Below, piece after piece: positions 28,787 to 39,019 of a DNA stretch of 64,000 nt. The position numbers and the translations under genes were made by a program. The notes below the pieces were generated by a model. That model did not search any database, was not told where the DNA came from, and saw only the letters and a program-made list of their open reading frames with translations. The stretch spans positions 3,040,001 through 3,104,000 of the forward strand of contig CP051526.1 of assembly GCA_050916045.1 (NCBI GenBank). The letters are read 5' to 3'. How positions within the stretch are numbered: the stretch's first letter is position 1; each line of letters starts with the position of its first letter. Source of the stretch: Tepidisphaera sp. Lineage in GTDB: Bacteria > Planctomycetota > Phycisphaerae > Phycisphaerales > UBA1924.

Positions 28787-30841
28787 TCACGCCGGCTGAG
28801 ACTGAGCCGCAAGACCGCGGACCGAAGCCGCGCGGCGCTTGATGAGAGGCTCGGTCTCGACCTCGGCCGCGGCGAAGTCCTCGCCGAACCGGAAGAGACG
28901 GAAGCTGTTGGCCAGCACGAAGACATCGCCCACGAAGTGGTACAACGCCGCGATCTGAACCGCAAAGCCCGTCGCCGTCAGCACACCCGTCGCCGCCAGC
29001 GCCAGCCCGATCAGGGAGATCACGATCGAAGCCGCGATGTTCTGAGCGATGATCATGCGGGTCCGGCGGGCGAGCTCCATCAGGAACGGCACGCGGGACA
29101 GATCGTCGTTCATGAGCGCGACGCCGGCGGAGTTGGCCGCGATGTCCGACCCGGCCAGACCCATCGCGACGCCGACGTCCGCTTCCGCGAGCGACGGGCC
29201 GTCGTTGATGCCGTCGCCGACCATCATGGTGCGGTGCCCGGCGCGGACGAGGGACTTGATCTGCTCGTGCTTCTCCTCGGGGAGGCACTCGGCTTCGATC
29301 ATGTCGACGCCGACGGCGGTGCCGACGCGCTTGGCGACGCTCAGACGGTCGCCGGTGAAGATCGCGACCTGCTTGACACCCAGGTCGCGGAGACGCTGGA
29401 TGACGCCCTTGGTGTCCTTCTTGATGGTGTCTTCGAGGCCGACGGCGCCGAGGTACTGGCCGCCCTGCATGACGTGCACCGCGGTGATCCCGTCGAGCTT
29501 GCTCTCGACGCTTTCCACCTCGGCGCGGATCGACGGGGAGAGTTCGACCAGCCACGAAGCACGGCCGACGAAGATGTCGCCGAGGGTCGTTTCAGCCTTC
29601 ACGCCGCGGCCATGCACTTCCTCGTACGCGGTGGGAGCGTCGACTTCGATCCGGGCCTGCTTGGCCGTGGAAACGATCGACTGGGCGAGCGGGTGGTTGG
29701 ACGACTGTTCACCCAAAGCCGCGGCGCGGAGCAGGTGGGCGCCGTCCACACCCGTGGCGGGCGTCAGGCGGGTCACCGAGAACTTGCCGGTCGTCAGCGT
29801 GCCGGTCTTGTCGAACACCACCGTGTTGATCGTGGCGGCGGACTCAAGGTACGAGGGCTGCTTGATCAGGATACCCAGGCGAGCGGCCGCAGCGAACGCG
29901 GCGAGCATCGCGGAGGGGCTGGCCAGAAGCAGAGCGGACGGGCAGGTAACGACCAGAACCGACACGGCGGTCGAAGCGGCTTCCGCGCGGCGCGCGGGGT
30001 CCTGCGCCATCATGAACCACGTGATGCCCGCGACGCTCAGCACGACGGGCACGAAGAAAGACGCGACCTGCTCGATGAGCATCTGACGCGGCGTGCGGCT
30101 CTGCTCGGCCTGACGGATCAGCTGCGTGACACGGCCGATCGTGGTGTCGCCGCCAACGCGCGTCACCTCGATGTCGATGCCGCCGGTCAGGTTGGTCGTG
30201 CCGGCGAACACCTCATCGCCCTTGGCCGCTTCCACCGGGACCGCTTCACCGGTCAGCGAAGCCTGGTTGATCGTCGACCGGCCCGTGATGATCCGACCGT
30301 CCACCGGCAGGTTCTCGCCGGGGCGAACGCGGACGATCATCCCGACCGTCACCTGCGAAAGCGCCACATCCTCGCGCTCCGAGCCACTCTCCACCACGCG
30401 AGCGACGTCCGGCGTGAGCTGGACGAGGTCCGCGATCGCACGCTGGGCGCCCGAAGCCGACCGGCGGACCATCTGGCCGAAAACCACGAGAATGAACGCG
30501 AGCCAGCCCGCGACGATGTAATCCTCGATCGCGAGCGACGCGAGAATCGCCAGAGCGGCCAGCGTCGACGAAGAAAGCTTCATCGACCGGATCTCCGTCG
30601 CCGCCGCGATCAGCAGCGGGACCGAGAGAATCAGCGAGCCGATCGCAGCCGGAAGCTTGGCCACCGCCGGATCGGTCAGATTCAGAGCTTTGCAGATCGT
30701 GCTCACCAGCACCAGAAGCCCGCCCGCCAGACACAGCACGATGTACCGCTCGATCTTGACCTCGTGGTGCGAGCAGCACTGCAGAGCTTCCGCGTGCTGG
30801 TCGTGCTTGTGGGCGTGGTCGTGGCTATGGGAGTGCGACAT
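28787..30841 (-). CDS. Heavy-metal translocating P1B-type ATPase with His-rich N-terminus
   Basis: MSHSHSHDHAHKHDQH..CC, SLTGE, TCPSAL, FDKTGTLT, HPLA, TGD, GDGINDGP. Confidence 0.93.
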   Translation of the reverse strand: MSHSHSHDHAHKHDQHAEALQCCSHHEVKIERYIVLCLAGGLLVLVSTICKALNLTDPAVAKLPAAIGSLILSVPLLIAAATEIRSMKLSSSTLAALAILASLAIEDYIVAGWLAFILVVFGQMVRRSASGAQRAIADLVQLTPDVARVVESGSEREDVALSQVTVGMIVRVRPGENLPVDGRIITGRSTINQASLTGEAVPVEAAKGDEVFAGTTNLTGGIDIEVTRVGGDTTIGRVTQLIRQAEQSRTPRQMLIEQVASFFVPVVLSVAGITWFMMAQDPARRAEAASTAVSVLVVTCPSALLLASPSAMLAAFAAAARLGILIKQPSYLESAATINTVVFDKTGTLTTGKFSVTRLTPATGVDGAHLLRAAALGEQSSNHPLAQSIVSTAKQARIEVDAPTAYEEVHGRGVKAETTLGDIFVGRASWLVELSPSIRAEVESVESKLDGITAVHVMQGGQYLGAVGLEDTIKKDTKGVIQRLRDLGVKQVAIFTGDRLSVAKRVGTAVGVDMIEAECLPEEKHEQIKSLVRAGHRTMMVGDGINDGPSLAEADVGVAMGLAGSDIAANSAGVALMNDDLSRVPFLMELARRTRMIIAQNIAASIVISLIGLALAATGVLTATGFAVQIAALYHFVGDVFVLANSFRLFRFGEDFAAAEVETEPLIKRRAASVRGLAAQSQPA

Positions 30842-31045
30842 GAAGAGCTCCGGCAAACGAGGACCTCGTGTCCCCGTGTCAACTGCGGTGGTTGGGCACG
30901 CGGCCCGCGAAGATACTCGGGGCCGACAAGGAAAGAGACGCAAAGACCACCCAAGCATACGTCCCCGGTAGGGGGCCGGTTCGGCCCGTGCATGCCGAAC
31001 ATCCACCTATTTCGCGAGAACGTCCCGGATGGTAGACTCGCGCCC

Positions 31046-34000
31046 ATGACCCCAACCGTCCTGATCGCGATGTCCGCTTCGGTCCTGGCCGCCCTGCCCA
31101 TGGGGTTGGCTCAACCCGGCGGCAACCCGCCCACCAACGGACCCCGGCAGACCGACCCGAACACCCACATTCTGGTTGGAGGCACCCTCCACCCGACCCC
31201 GGCCGATTCCGACACCCTCGCGGACGCGGTGGTGATCGTGCGAGCGGGGATGATCCAAGCGGTCGGGACGCGCGGCTCGCTTCCGCAAGATCAGTGGCCC
31301 GCCGGAGCCCAGGTTTGGGATGTTTCCGGCCAGCACCTCTACGCCGGCTTCATCGACCCCTTCGTGGAGGTCGAGGTCCCGCGTCCCACGCCCGAAGCCG
31401 GTGCGAACACCACGCAGCGGCACTGGAACGTCAACATCGTTGCCGAACGGCACGCTCTGGATCAGACCGGCCTTGACCGCTCGACGGCCGAGTCGCTTCG
31501 ACGCATGGGATTTGGAACCGTCGCGCTGGTGCCGATGGATCCGGGCAAACGCCGCGGAGGCGTGCTCCGCGGCACCTCGGCCGTCGTCTCGCTGCTTCCG
31601 GGGCCGACAGGAAGCGAGCCAAACCTCCCCCAGCCGCGGGTGTACGTTCCGTCTTGGGCGATGAACGCGTCCTTCGAGACCGCCGGCGGGTTCGGTTCTC
31701 GCGAGGATGGTGAGGGCTCCGGCTGGTTCGGCTCGTATCCGACCTCGCGTATGGGAGCTCTCGCTCTGCTCCGGCAGACGATCGAGGACGCACGGGCACG
31801 CGTGAATTCCGGCGAACCGCTCCCCGCGTGGGCAGCGGCGATCACGGCCTCCAGACCGTTCGTCTTCGATGTCGACAACGAGATCGACGCAATGCGCGCC
31901 GTCGGATTCGCAACCGAGTTCTCCCTCCCCGCCATCGTGGTCGGCAGCGGCACCGAGTATCGCCGCGTCGGAGCCGTCAACGACGCCGTCAAGACCCTCG
32001 CCGCCGCGTCGCCCAACCTCAAGCAAGCCCACCCCTGGATCGTGCCCCTGAACGATCCACGCGCCCCCGACGTCTCCTCCGTCGGTCGCTCGGAAGAGAC
32101 GGACCTGCGCACGCTGATGGCGTGGGAGCAAGCTCCGACGAACCTCGCCCGACTTGAGGACTCCGGCGTTCGGGCCTCCCTCACCACGTCCAAGCTCAGA
32201 GATCGCGGCGAGTTCCTCACCCTGCTTCGCAAAGCCGTCGACCACGGGCTTCCCAAGCAGGCCGCGCTCGCAATGGTCACCACCCGGCCGGCCGAGCTCA
32301 CCGGCACCTCGGATCGTCTGGGCACCGTCGCACCCGGCAAGGTCGCCAACCTCATCGTCGCCGATCAGGAGCTCTTCGCGTCCGCTTCCACCACTCCCGA
32401 CGAGTCCAAGAACGACCAAGCGAAAGAAGACGCCTCCGACAAGTCCGACTCGGAAGCTCGCAAGCCCTCCGGCACGCCCAAGATCATGTCCGTCTGGGTC
32501 GAGGGCCGCCGCTTCGAGTTCGCGACCTTCTCGATCGACGTCTCCGGCATGTGGTCCGTCGAGCTTCCCGGAGCCAAAGGCCCGCCCAGCGAGCGATTCA
32601 TCCAGTTCGACGGCGAACTCGGCGGCACACCGTTCAAAAGCCCCAAAGCCACGATCATCAAGGACGGCAAACGCGCCACCGCCCAGGTCAAGACCGACAG
32701 CTTGAATCCCGACGGCATCACCCTCATCTTCGACCATGAACCGCTCGACAAGCAGCAGGGCATGTTCACCCTCACCGGAACTGTGCTCCGCGAAAACGGC
32801 AAGCCCGCCGCCTTCGTCGGCAAGGGACTCCGACCCGACGGCCGCACGTTCGACTTCCGGTCCACACGCCTCCCCGCCGCCACCGCGATCGGCACCTGGC
32901 GCGTGACCGAAGCCGACGGCGCCCTCAAAAACGCCGACGCCAAGGACCAGCTCTTCCTCACCGTCACCGCCAGCAAAGTCGACCTCAAGTTCACCAAAGC
33001 CGAGGGCGACCCGACCCTCATCTCCGCCGAGGACGTCGTCGCCGCCGGCAACCTCCTCCGCTTCCGCCACAGCCTCAAGAACCTCGGCGGCGAAGGAGAT
33101 TCCGTCGACTCCATCACCATCGACGGCGATTCGCTCATCGGCGAAAGCACCCTCCCTGACGGCTCCAAACACGCCTACAAAGCCGTCCGCGTCCAGCCCG
33201 AAGCCGAGCCCGCCCGCAAAGGCGACCGCAAGCCCAAGTTCGACGACAAGCTCGTCGGCCGCTGGCGCATCACGCTCATCGACGGCCAGCCCAACCCCGA
33301 TCGCGGGACCCTCCACATCAAATCCGACGGCAAGGTCGTACTCAACGGCCGCGGTCGCATCGTCGCACCGACGGAAGCATCGCTCGACGATTCGAAGCTA
33401 ACCTACACCGTCGACCTCAAGTCCTACGGCGGCGAGGGCGAGATCAAGTCGAGCGCCTCCCTCAAGGACGGCGCGCTCGAAGGCACCATGACGCTCACGA
33501 ACGGCCGCGCGGTCATGTGGCGTGCCGAACGCCAGCCCGGCAATCCCGATGTGCTCGCCGACATCCCCGAAACCATCCCCGTCCCGTTCCAGGCGTACGG
33601 CACGCTCCCGCCCGCGTTTGGCTCCGGCGAAGAACCCGACACGGTCATCCGCAACGCAACCGTCTGGACGCTTGGTCCAAAGAACACCCTCAAGGACGCC
33701 ACCGTCGCGATCGCAAGCGGCAAGATCGTCTTCGTCGGCACCGCCGATGAGTTCGGCGCATGGCTCCAGAAGGGCGTCAGGCTCCGCCAGCCCTGGCGCG
33801 AGATCGACGCCAAGGGCAAGCACGTGACACCCGGCATCATCGACTGCCACTCGCACACCGGCCTCCGCAACGCGAACGAATCCGGCCGCGCCGTCACCAG
33901 CATGGTCCGCATCGAGGATGAGCTCAACCCCGACGACATCAACTGGTACCGCCAGCTCGCCGGCGGCGTCACCGCCGTCAACAACCTCCACGGCTCCGCC

Positions 34001-35029
34001 AACTCCATCGGCGGCCAGAACACCATCACCAAACTCCGCTGGGGCGTCGTCGATCCCCTCGGCATGAAAATGACCGAAGCCGCGCCGGGCATCAAGTTCG
34101 CCCTCGGCGAGAACCCCAAACGCGGCAACTCCGGCAACCAAAGCACCTACCGCTATCCGCAGACCCGCATGGGCGTGGAAGCCCAGATCCGTGACCGCTT
34201 CCACGCCGCCAGGGAGTACGCCGCCGCTCGCGCCAAGGACCCCAAGCACCCGCGTGACCTCGAACTCGAGCCCCTCGCCGAGATCCTCGCCGGCACGCGC
34301 CTCGTCCACTGCCACAGCTACCGGCAGGACGAGATCCTCATGCTCTCCCATGTCGCCCGCGACTTTGGATTCAAGATCGGAACCTACCAGCACATCCTCG
34401 AGGGCTACAAGGTCGCCGAAGCCCTGAAGGAACACTCCGGCGGAGCCTCGGGCTTCTCCGACTGGTGGGCTTTCAAGGTCGAGGTGCAGGACGCCATCCC
34501 CTTCGCGTTCCCGCTCATGCACCGCGTCGGCGTCCTCTGCTCCTTCAACTCCGACGACTCCGAACTCGCACGCCGCCTCAACACCGAAGCCGCGAAAGCC
34601 GTCAAGTACGGCCGCCTCTCCGACGAGGAAGCCCTCGCGTTCGTCACCCTCAACCCCGCCAAGCAGCTCAAGATCGACGCCTTCGTCGGAAGCGTCGAGG
34701 AGGGCAAGCAAGCCGACCTGGTCGTCTGGTCCGGCCATCCGCTCTCTTCGCTCACCCGATGCGAGCGCACCTTCGTCGACGGCGTGCAACGCTTCTCGAT
34801 CGAGCAGGACGCCCACCTCCGAGCCCAGAACGCGGCCGACCGTGAACGCATCACGCAGAAGCTCCTCAAGGACAAGTCCGACCGCTCGTCTTCCGCCGGG
34901 CCCCGCACCGGCGGCGGAGGAGGAAGCAGACGTCGCCCGACCGAGGAATCCGGCAAGGATGCCGGGGGTGGCCGCGGCGAGTGCGGCACGGAAGAGATCA
35001 AGACCAGCACGATGGAGGCCGCACGATGA
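31046..35029 (+). CDS. Large secreted amidohydrolase-family protein (degenerate domain + beta inserts + intact domain)
   Basis: First domain YAGFIDP lacks HxH. Second domain has TPGIIDCHSH, KFALGENPK, HCHSY, YQH, NSDD, GSVEEGKQADLVVW. Start is ATG 31046, not 28484. Confidence 0.85.
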   Translation: MTPTVLIAMSASVLAALPMGLAQPGGNPPTNGPRQTDPNTHILVGGTLHPTPADSDTLADAVVIVRAGMIQAVGTRGSLPQDQWPAGAQVWDVSGQHLYAGFIDPFVEVEVPRPTPEAGANTTQRHWNVNIVAERHALDQTGLDRSTAESLRRMGFGTVALVPMDPGKRRGGVLRGTSAVVSLLPGPTGSEPNLPQPRVYVPSWAMNASFETAGGFGSREDGEGSGWFGSYPTSRMGALALLRQTIEDARARVNSGEPLPAWAAAITASRPFVFDVDNEIDAMRAVGFATEFSLPAIVVGSGTEYRRVGAVNDAVKTLAAASPNLKQAHPWIVPLNDPRAPDVSSVGRSEETDLRTLMAWEQAPTNLARLEDSGVRASLTTSKLRDRGEFLTLLRKAVDHGLPKQAALAMVTTRPAELTGTSDRLGTVAPGKVANLIVADQELFASASTTPDESKNDQAKEDASDKSDSEARKPSGTPKIMSVWVEGRRFEFATFSIDVSGMWSVELPGAKGPPSERFIQFDGELGGTPFKSPKATIIKDGKRATAQVKTDSLNPDGITLIFDHEPLDKQQGMFTLTGTVLRENGKPAAFVGKGLRPDGRTFDFRSTRLPAATAIGTWRVTEADGALKNADAKDQLFLTVTASKVDLKFTKAEGDPTLISAEDVVAAGNLLRFRHSLKNLGGEGDSVDSITIDGDSLIGESTLPDGSKHAYKAVRVQPEAEPARKGDRKPKFDDKLVGRWRITLIDGQPNPDRGTLHIKSDGKVVLNGRGRIVAPTEASLDDSKLTYTVDLKSYGGEGEIKSSASLKDGALEGTMTLTNGRAVMWRAERQPGNPDVLADIPETIPVPFQAYGTLPPAFGSGEEPDTVIRNATVWTLGPKNTLKDATVAIASGKIVFVGTADEFGAWLQKGVRLRQPWREIDAKGKHVTPGIIDCHSHTGLRNANESGRAVTSMVRIEDELNPDDINWYRQLAGGVTAVNNLHGSANSIGGQNTITKLRWGVVDPLGMKMTEAAPGIKFALGENPKRGNSGNQSTYRYPQTRMGVEAQIRDRFHAAREYAAARAKDPKHPRDLELEPLAEILAGTRLVHCHSYRQDEILMLSHVARDFGFKIGTYQHILEGYKVAEALKEHSGGASGFSDWWAFKVEVQDAIPFAFPLMHRVGVLCSFNSDDSELARRLNTEAAKAVKYGRLSDEEALAFVTLNPAKQLKIDAFVGSVEEGKQADLVVWSGHPLSSLTRCERTFVDGVQRFSIEQDAHLRAQNAADRERITQKLLKDKSDRSSSAGPRTGGGGGSRRRPTEESGKDAGGGRGECGTEEIKTSTMEAAR

Positions 35030-36399
35030 AACTCAGCGCATTGACGCTTACGTTCGCTCTCACGGCCGCCGCCTTCGGCCAGGACCTCACCCGCGTCTCC
35101 CCGCCGCAGACCCGGATGGTCATCATCAAGGGCGGCACGGTCCACACCGTCGCCAACGGCACGATCGAGAACGGAGCGGTGATCTTCGCCGAGGGCAAGC
35201 TCACCAGCGTCTACACCGCCAAGGAAGCCGAAGACTTCCTCGCTTCGGCACGCTTCGCCGCGCCGGGGCCGGAGATCATCGACGCGACGGGCAAGCACAT
35301 CTACCCGGGCCTCATCGCGCCCCAATCCGCGATCGGCATCACCGACATCGCCGCCCTCCGTCAGCCACGCGACGCCGACGAAACCGGCGACTTCACCCCC
35401 GAGGTCGTCCCCGCCCACGCGGTGAACCCGGACTCGTGGTTCCTCCCCGTCGCCCGCGCCGGCGGCGTCTTTGCGGCCGGCCTCTTTCCTCAGGGCGGCA
35501 CCGTGCCCGGACAGGTCAGCGTCATCCGCATGCACGGCTGGACCAACGACGACCTCACGGTCGCCGGCTCGGCGGGAATCGTTCTCGCCTGGCCCAACGT
35601 CAGGTCCGACACCACCCCGGCCGATCGCGGCAGCGGCGAGGGCCGCCAGGACACGCCCGCCCCGCGCGATGAAGCTCGCCCGCTCGACAGAATCGCCGAG
35701 CTCCTCGACAAAGCCCGCTCCTACGACGCCGAACGCACCGCATACGCCGATCGCTCGATCGACCTCCGCTGGGAAGCCATGCGGCCCCTCTTTGCAAACC
35801 CCGAAGACCGCGTGAACGGCGCCCGCGTCTTCGTCCTCGCGTCCGACGTCGACCAGATCACTTCCGCCGTCGCTTTCCTCGCCGAACGCAAGCTCCGCAC
35901 CGTCATCGTCGGCGGCCGCGACGCTCTCCTCGCCGCCGAACTCCTCAAGAAGCACGACGTCCCCGTCATCATCGACAACGTCAACCGCATGCCCCGCCGA
36001 AGCGACTCGCCCTACGACGAAGCGTTCCGCCTCCCCAAAGCCCTCAAGGACGCCGGCATCCGCTTCTGCATCGCAAGCGGCGAGGAACCCGCCAACGAAC
36101 GCAACCTCCCCCACTACGCCGGCACCGCCGCCGCCTACGGCCTCGACCAGACCGACGCCGTGAAGGCCATCACACAGTGGCCGGCCGAAATCCTCGGCGT
36201 CGGCGACCAGCTCGGCACCCTGCAAACAGGCCGCCCCGCGACGCTCATGATCGCCGACGGCAACATCCTCGAAGTCACCACCCGCGTCGAACGAGGCTGG
36301 ATCGACGGCCGAGCCCTCGACCTCTCGACCAAGCAGACCGAACTGCTCAAGAAGTACGAGGAGAAGTACAAGCAGAACGGGATGCTGAAGGACAAGTAA
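35026..36399 (+). CDS. Amidohydrolase-family protein (probably non-catalytic partner)
   Basis: IIDATGKHIYPGLI, A.KAIT.WPAEILG..DQLGTL..GRPATL; ATGA overlap with the upstream gene; signal peptide. Confidence 0.85.
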   Translation: MKLSALTLTFALTAAAFGQDLTRVSPPQTRMVIIKGGTVHTVANGTIENGAVIFAEGKLTSVYTAKEAEDFLASARFAAPGPEIIDATGKHIYPGLIAPQSAIGITDIAALRQPRDADETGDFTPEVVPAHAVNPDSWFLPVARAGGVFAAGLFPQGGTVPGQVSVIRMHGWTNDDLTVAGSAGIVLAWPNVRSDTTPADRGSGEGRQDTPAPRDEARPLDRIAELLDKARSYDAERTAYADRSIDLRWEAMRPLFANPEDRVNGARVFVLASDVDQITSAVAFLAERKLRTVIVGGRDALLAAELLKKHDVPVIIDNVNRMPRRSDSPYDEAFRLPKALKDAGIRFCIASGEEPANERNLPHYAGTAAAYGLDQTDAVKAITQWPAEILGVGDQLGTLQTGRPATLMIADGNILEVTTRVERGWIDGRALDLSTKQTELLKKYEEKYKQNGMLKDK

Positions 36400-36622
36400 C
36401 CACCGAGCAGGAACAACGAGCCCCGAGCGCCAGCGAGCGGGTCCCAACGCTCGGTCTGCGGTGCAAACGGGCACGATGCCGATGCGCGAGCCCGCACGAG
36501 CGTGAACCTTCCGTGAGCGGCGGACCGGGAACGACGATCAACGGCGGGATCGGTGGCGTCGGTTGACCGACGGGCCGGGGTTCCTGGGCCCACGGAGTGG
36601 CCCGATTGGATACCCTCACTCC

Positions 36623-37828
36623 GTGAGAACGGGTCAACTCCACATTTGGCAGAACGGCTCCAAGCGGCGAACGGGAACTCCTCGCTTGGCCGAGTTCTTC
36701 GCGGGAATCGGGCTCGTGCGCATGGGACTGGAGGCGCGAGGTTGGTCGCTCGCATTCGCCAACGACATCGACCCCGAAAAGCGCGAGCAGTACGACACGC
36801 ACTTTGGAGACGCTGACGACCACTTCCACTTGGGCGACGTTCACGCGATCGCAGGCGACGATGTTCCAGACGTGGAACTGGCGACGGCTTCCTTCCCCTG
36901 CACGGACCTCTCGCTCGCCGGAGGCCGCGCCGGGCTGAACAAAGGGGTCCAGTCTTCGGCGTTCTGGGGATTCGTTGACGTGCTTCGGAAAATGGGGAAT
37001 CGCCGCCCGCCTGTGGTCATGTTGGAGAACGTCGTCGGATTCCTGACCTCGCACGGCGGCAAGGACTTTCGGTCCGCGATGGAAGCTCTCAACAAACTAG
37101 GGTACTCCGTCGATCCGTTCATCCTCGATGCGAAGTGGTTCGTCCCCCAGAGTCGGCCCCGGCTCTTCGTGGTTGCGTCCGCCCTCGCCGATCCGTCCGC
37201 GGGTCGCTCGATCACCGAGTGTCGGATTCGGCCTTCGCTTTTACGAGAATTCGTCATCTCTCACTCGGACATTAACTGGCGCATCCGTCCACTGCCAGAG
37301 CCCCCCCCGCGTTCAGAGAAGACCCTCGCCGACATCCTCGAAGATCTGCCGGACACCGCGCCGGAATGGTGGAGCAAAGACCGGGCGGACTACCTCTACG
37401 GTCAGTTCTCCGAACGCCACCGGGGCATTGCGGACGCGATGATCGCGAAGCGGCGATGGTCCTACGCGACGGTCTTCCGACGCGTGCGTGTACAAGCCGA
37501 CGGAACGAAGCGTTCGATGGGCGAGTTGCGCACCGACGGCATCGCGGGATGCCTCCGAACTCCCAAGGGCGGCAGCGGGCGTCAGATCCTCTTCAAGGCC
37601 GGATACGGACGCTACGCGGCCCGACTTCTCACCCCGCGCGAGTGCGCCCGTCTCATGGGCGCGGACGAATTCCGCATCGTCGGCCCGGACAACCGAGCAT
37701 ACTTCGGGTTCGGTGATGCCGTGTGCGTGCCTGCGATTTCGTGGATTGCGGACCACTACCTGAATCCTCTGCTCCGGGCGGCAAGAGCCCAGTTGCAGCA
37801 GGCTGGAGGACAATTGCTCAATGGATGA
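36623..37828 (+). CDS. DNA (cytosine-5)-methyltransferase
   Basis: Motifs I FFAGIG, IV FPC, VI ENV, VIII QSRPR, IX RLLTPRECARL, X GDAV. GTG start 6 nt after TACCCT. Confidence 0.95.
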   Translation: MRTGQLHIWQNGSKRRTGTPRLAEFFAGIGLVRMGLEARGWSLAFANDIDPEKREQYDTHFGDADDHFHLGDVHAIAGDDVPDVELATASFPCTDLSLAGGRAGLNKGVQSSAFWGFVDVLRKMGNRRPPVVMLENVVGFLTSHGGKDFRSAMEALNKLGYSVDPFILDAKWFVPQSRPRLFVVASALADPSAGRSITECRIRPSLLREFVISHSDINWRIRPLPEPPPRSEKTLADILEDLPDTAPEWWSKDRADYLYGQFSERHRGIADAMIAKRRWSYATVFRRVRVQADGTKRSMGELRTDGIAGCLRTPKGGSGRQILFKAGYGRYAARLLTPRECARLMGADEFRIVGPDNRAYFGFGDAVCVPAISWIADHYLNPLLRAARAQLQQAGGQLLNG

Positions 37829-38771
37829 TTCGCGTCTCCGCAAGTTCATCGACGAGCGATTCCGCCACAGCGGAACTTTGGTGCCAGCACGATTGCAGAC
37901 CGCGATGGCGCTCGTAGAGGCGATGCGTAACGCCGAGAGCACCCGCCTCGAACACTACCTAACCGAGTCTGGCGCGTCGCTCCGTTCTCACGAGACGCTC
38001 GGTCGGGCTGCACACGACCGAATTGGGATGTCCGCCGTGCGTTCCATCCACGGTCGTCGCTCCAACAATGTTCAGGAGTGGGGCCAGAGCTTCATTGACC
38101 TTGTCGTAGAGCTTTGTGGTGACTCCGAGACCGATGAGCAGCGACTGCAGAAGCTCGACCTCATTCAAAGGGTGGTCGCCGAGCCCCTTCGCGCCCGACT
38201 GGGCGAGAAGCCGATGCTCACTCGTTTACGCGGAAAGACTGCGAAGGCCGTGGTCGATGACATCCTGCGACTGGCCGACAAGCGAGGCAACGCGGCCGCC
38301 GTCGCGCAGTGCCTAGTGGGGGCCAAGCTCATGCTCCGGTTCCCCCAACATAGAAACTTGATCAGCGTCGTCCGCTACAATCAAGGCGACAGAACTCCGA
38401 ACGCGCGTGCGGGCGACCGCCGGGGCGACTTCGATGTGCTAGCCAATGTCTTCGAAGTGACGATCGGGCCGCCCGACCAGAAGCACTTCGAGCAGGCTGA
38501 ACGTGTACTCAAGGACCTTGAGGCGCGTTTTTGGCTTATCGTTCGAGAGGACAGGTTGCAGTTCTGGATCGACGAGGCTGGGCGACGCTTGGCGAACATG
38601 GACCGTCTTCACATCACGTCGGTGCAAGGTTTCGTGGGCCAGAATGTGTCCGAGGTCGGGGGACTTTCCACTGACGGCGAGTTCCGGGCCCTCGTTGAGT
38701 TGATTAGACTGTACAATGAAGTTTGGGTCGCAAAAGCGGGCGACTCCAGCATGCTTGTCGAAGCTATTTGA
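37821..38771 (+). CDS. DUF4928-like protein, putative restriction endonuclease partner of the MTase
   Basis: AVAQCLVGAKL.LRFP...RGDF....VFEVT matches my recollection of DUF4928. It overlaps the MTase end by 8 nt. Confidence 0.65.
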   Translation: MDDSRLRKFIDERFRHSGTLVPARLQTAMALVEAMRNAESTRLEHYLTESGASLRSHETLGRAAHDRIGMSAVRSIHGRRSNNVQEWGQSFIDLVVELCGDSETDEQRLQKLDLIQRVVAEPLRARLGEKPMLTRLRGKTAKAVVDDILRLADKRGNAAAVAQCLVGAKLMLRFPQHRNLISVVRYNQGDRTPNARAGDRRGDFDVLANVFEVTIGPPDQKHFEQAERVLKDLEARFWLIVREDRLQFWIDEAGRRLANMDRLHITSVQGFVGQNVSEVGGLSTDGEFRALVELIRLYNEVWVAKAGDSSMLVEAI

Positions 38772-38793
38772 TCGCGGCAGAAGGAGAGTTGGC

Positions 38794-39015
38794 GTGCCCA
38801 AGTCAAAGGACAAACTCATTAACTGGCCCAATGGTCGAGATCCGACCGCGATTCGACACTTCCTCGCGAACGCGAGGAGTCGCATGACACTAGGCGAAGT
38901 CGCGGAGTATGAGGAGACAGGCGTCCTCATCGCTGAGGTGCTTCGCAAGCATGGACTAGATCCAACAACGAAACTTCCCCACAAGCGACAATTCGAGACC
39001 TCTTTGGAGAAGTAG
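38794..39015 (+). CDS. Small hypothetical protein (73 aa)
   Basis: AAGGAG RBS before GTG 38794; MPKSKDKLINWPNGRDPTAIRHFL... Confidence 0.55.
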   Translation: MPKSKDKLINWPNGRDPTAIRHFLANARSRMTLGEVAEYEETGVLIAEVLRKHGLDPTTKLPHKRQFETSLEK

Positions 39016-39019
39016 GTAG

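Noticed and set aside
28484..31045. N-terminal 854 aa of the 2181-aa ORF
   Set aside because: It is antisense shadow of the P-type ATPase and EamA genes. The real protein starts at 31046 with a signal peptide.
36416..36445. Possible REP-like element gagccccgagcgccagcgagcgggtc
   Set aside because: Only one copy was seen in the window, so it cannot be supported as a repeat without a genome search.
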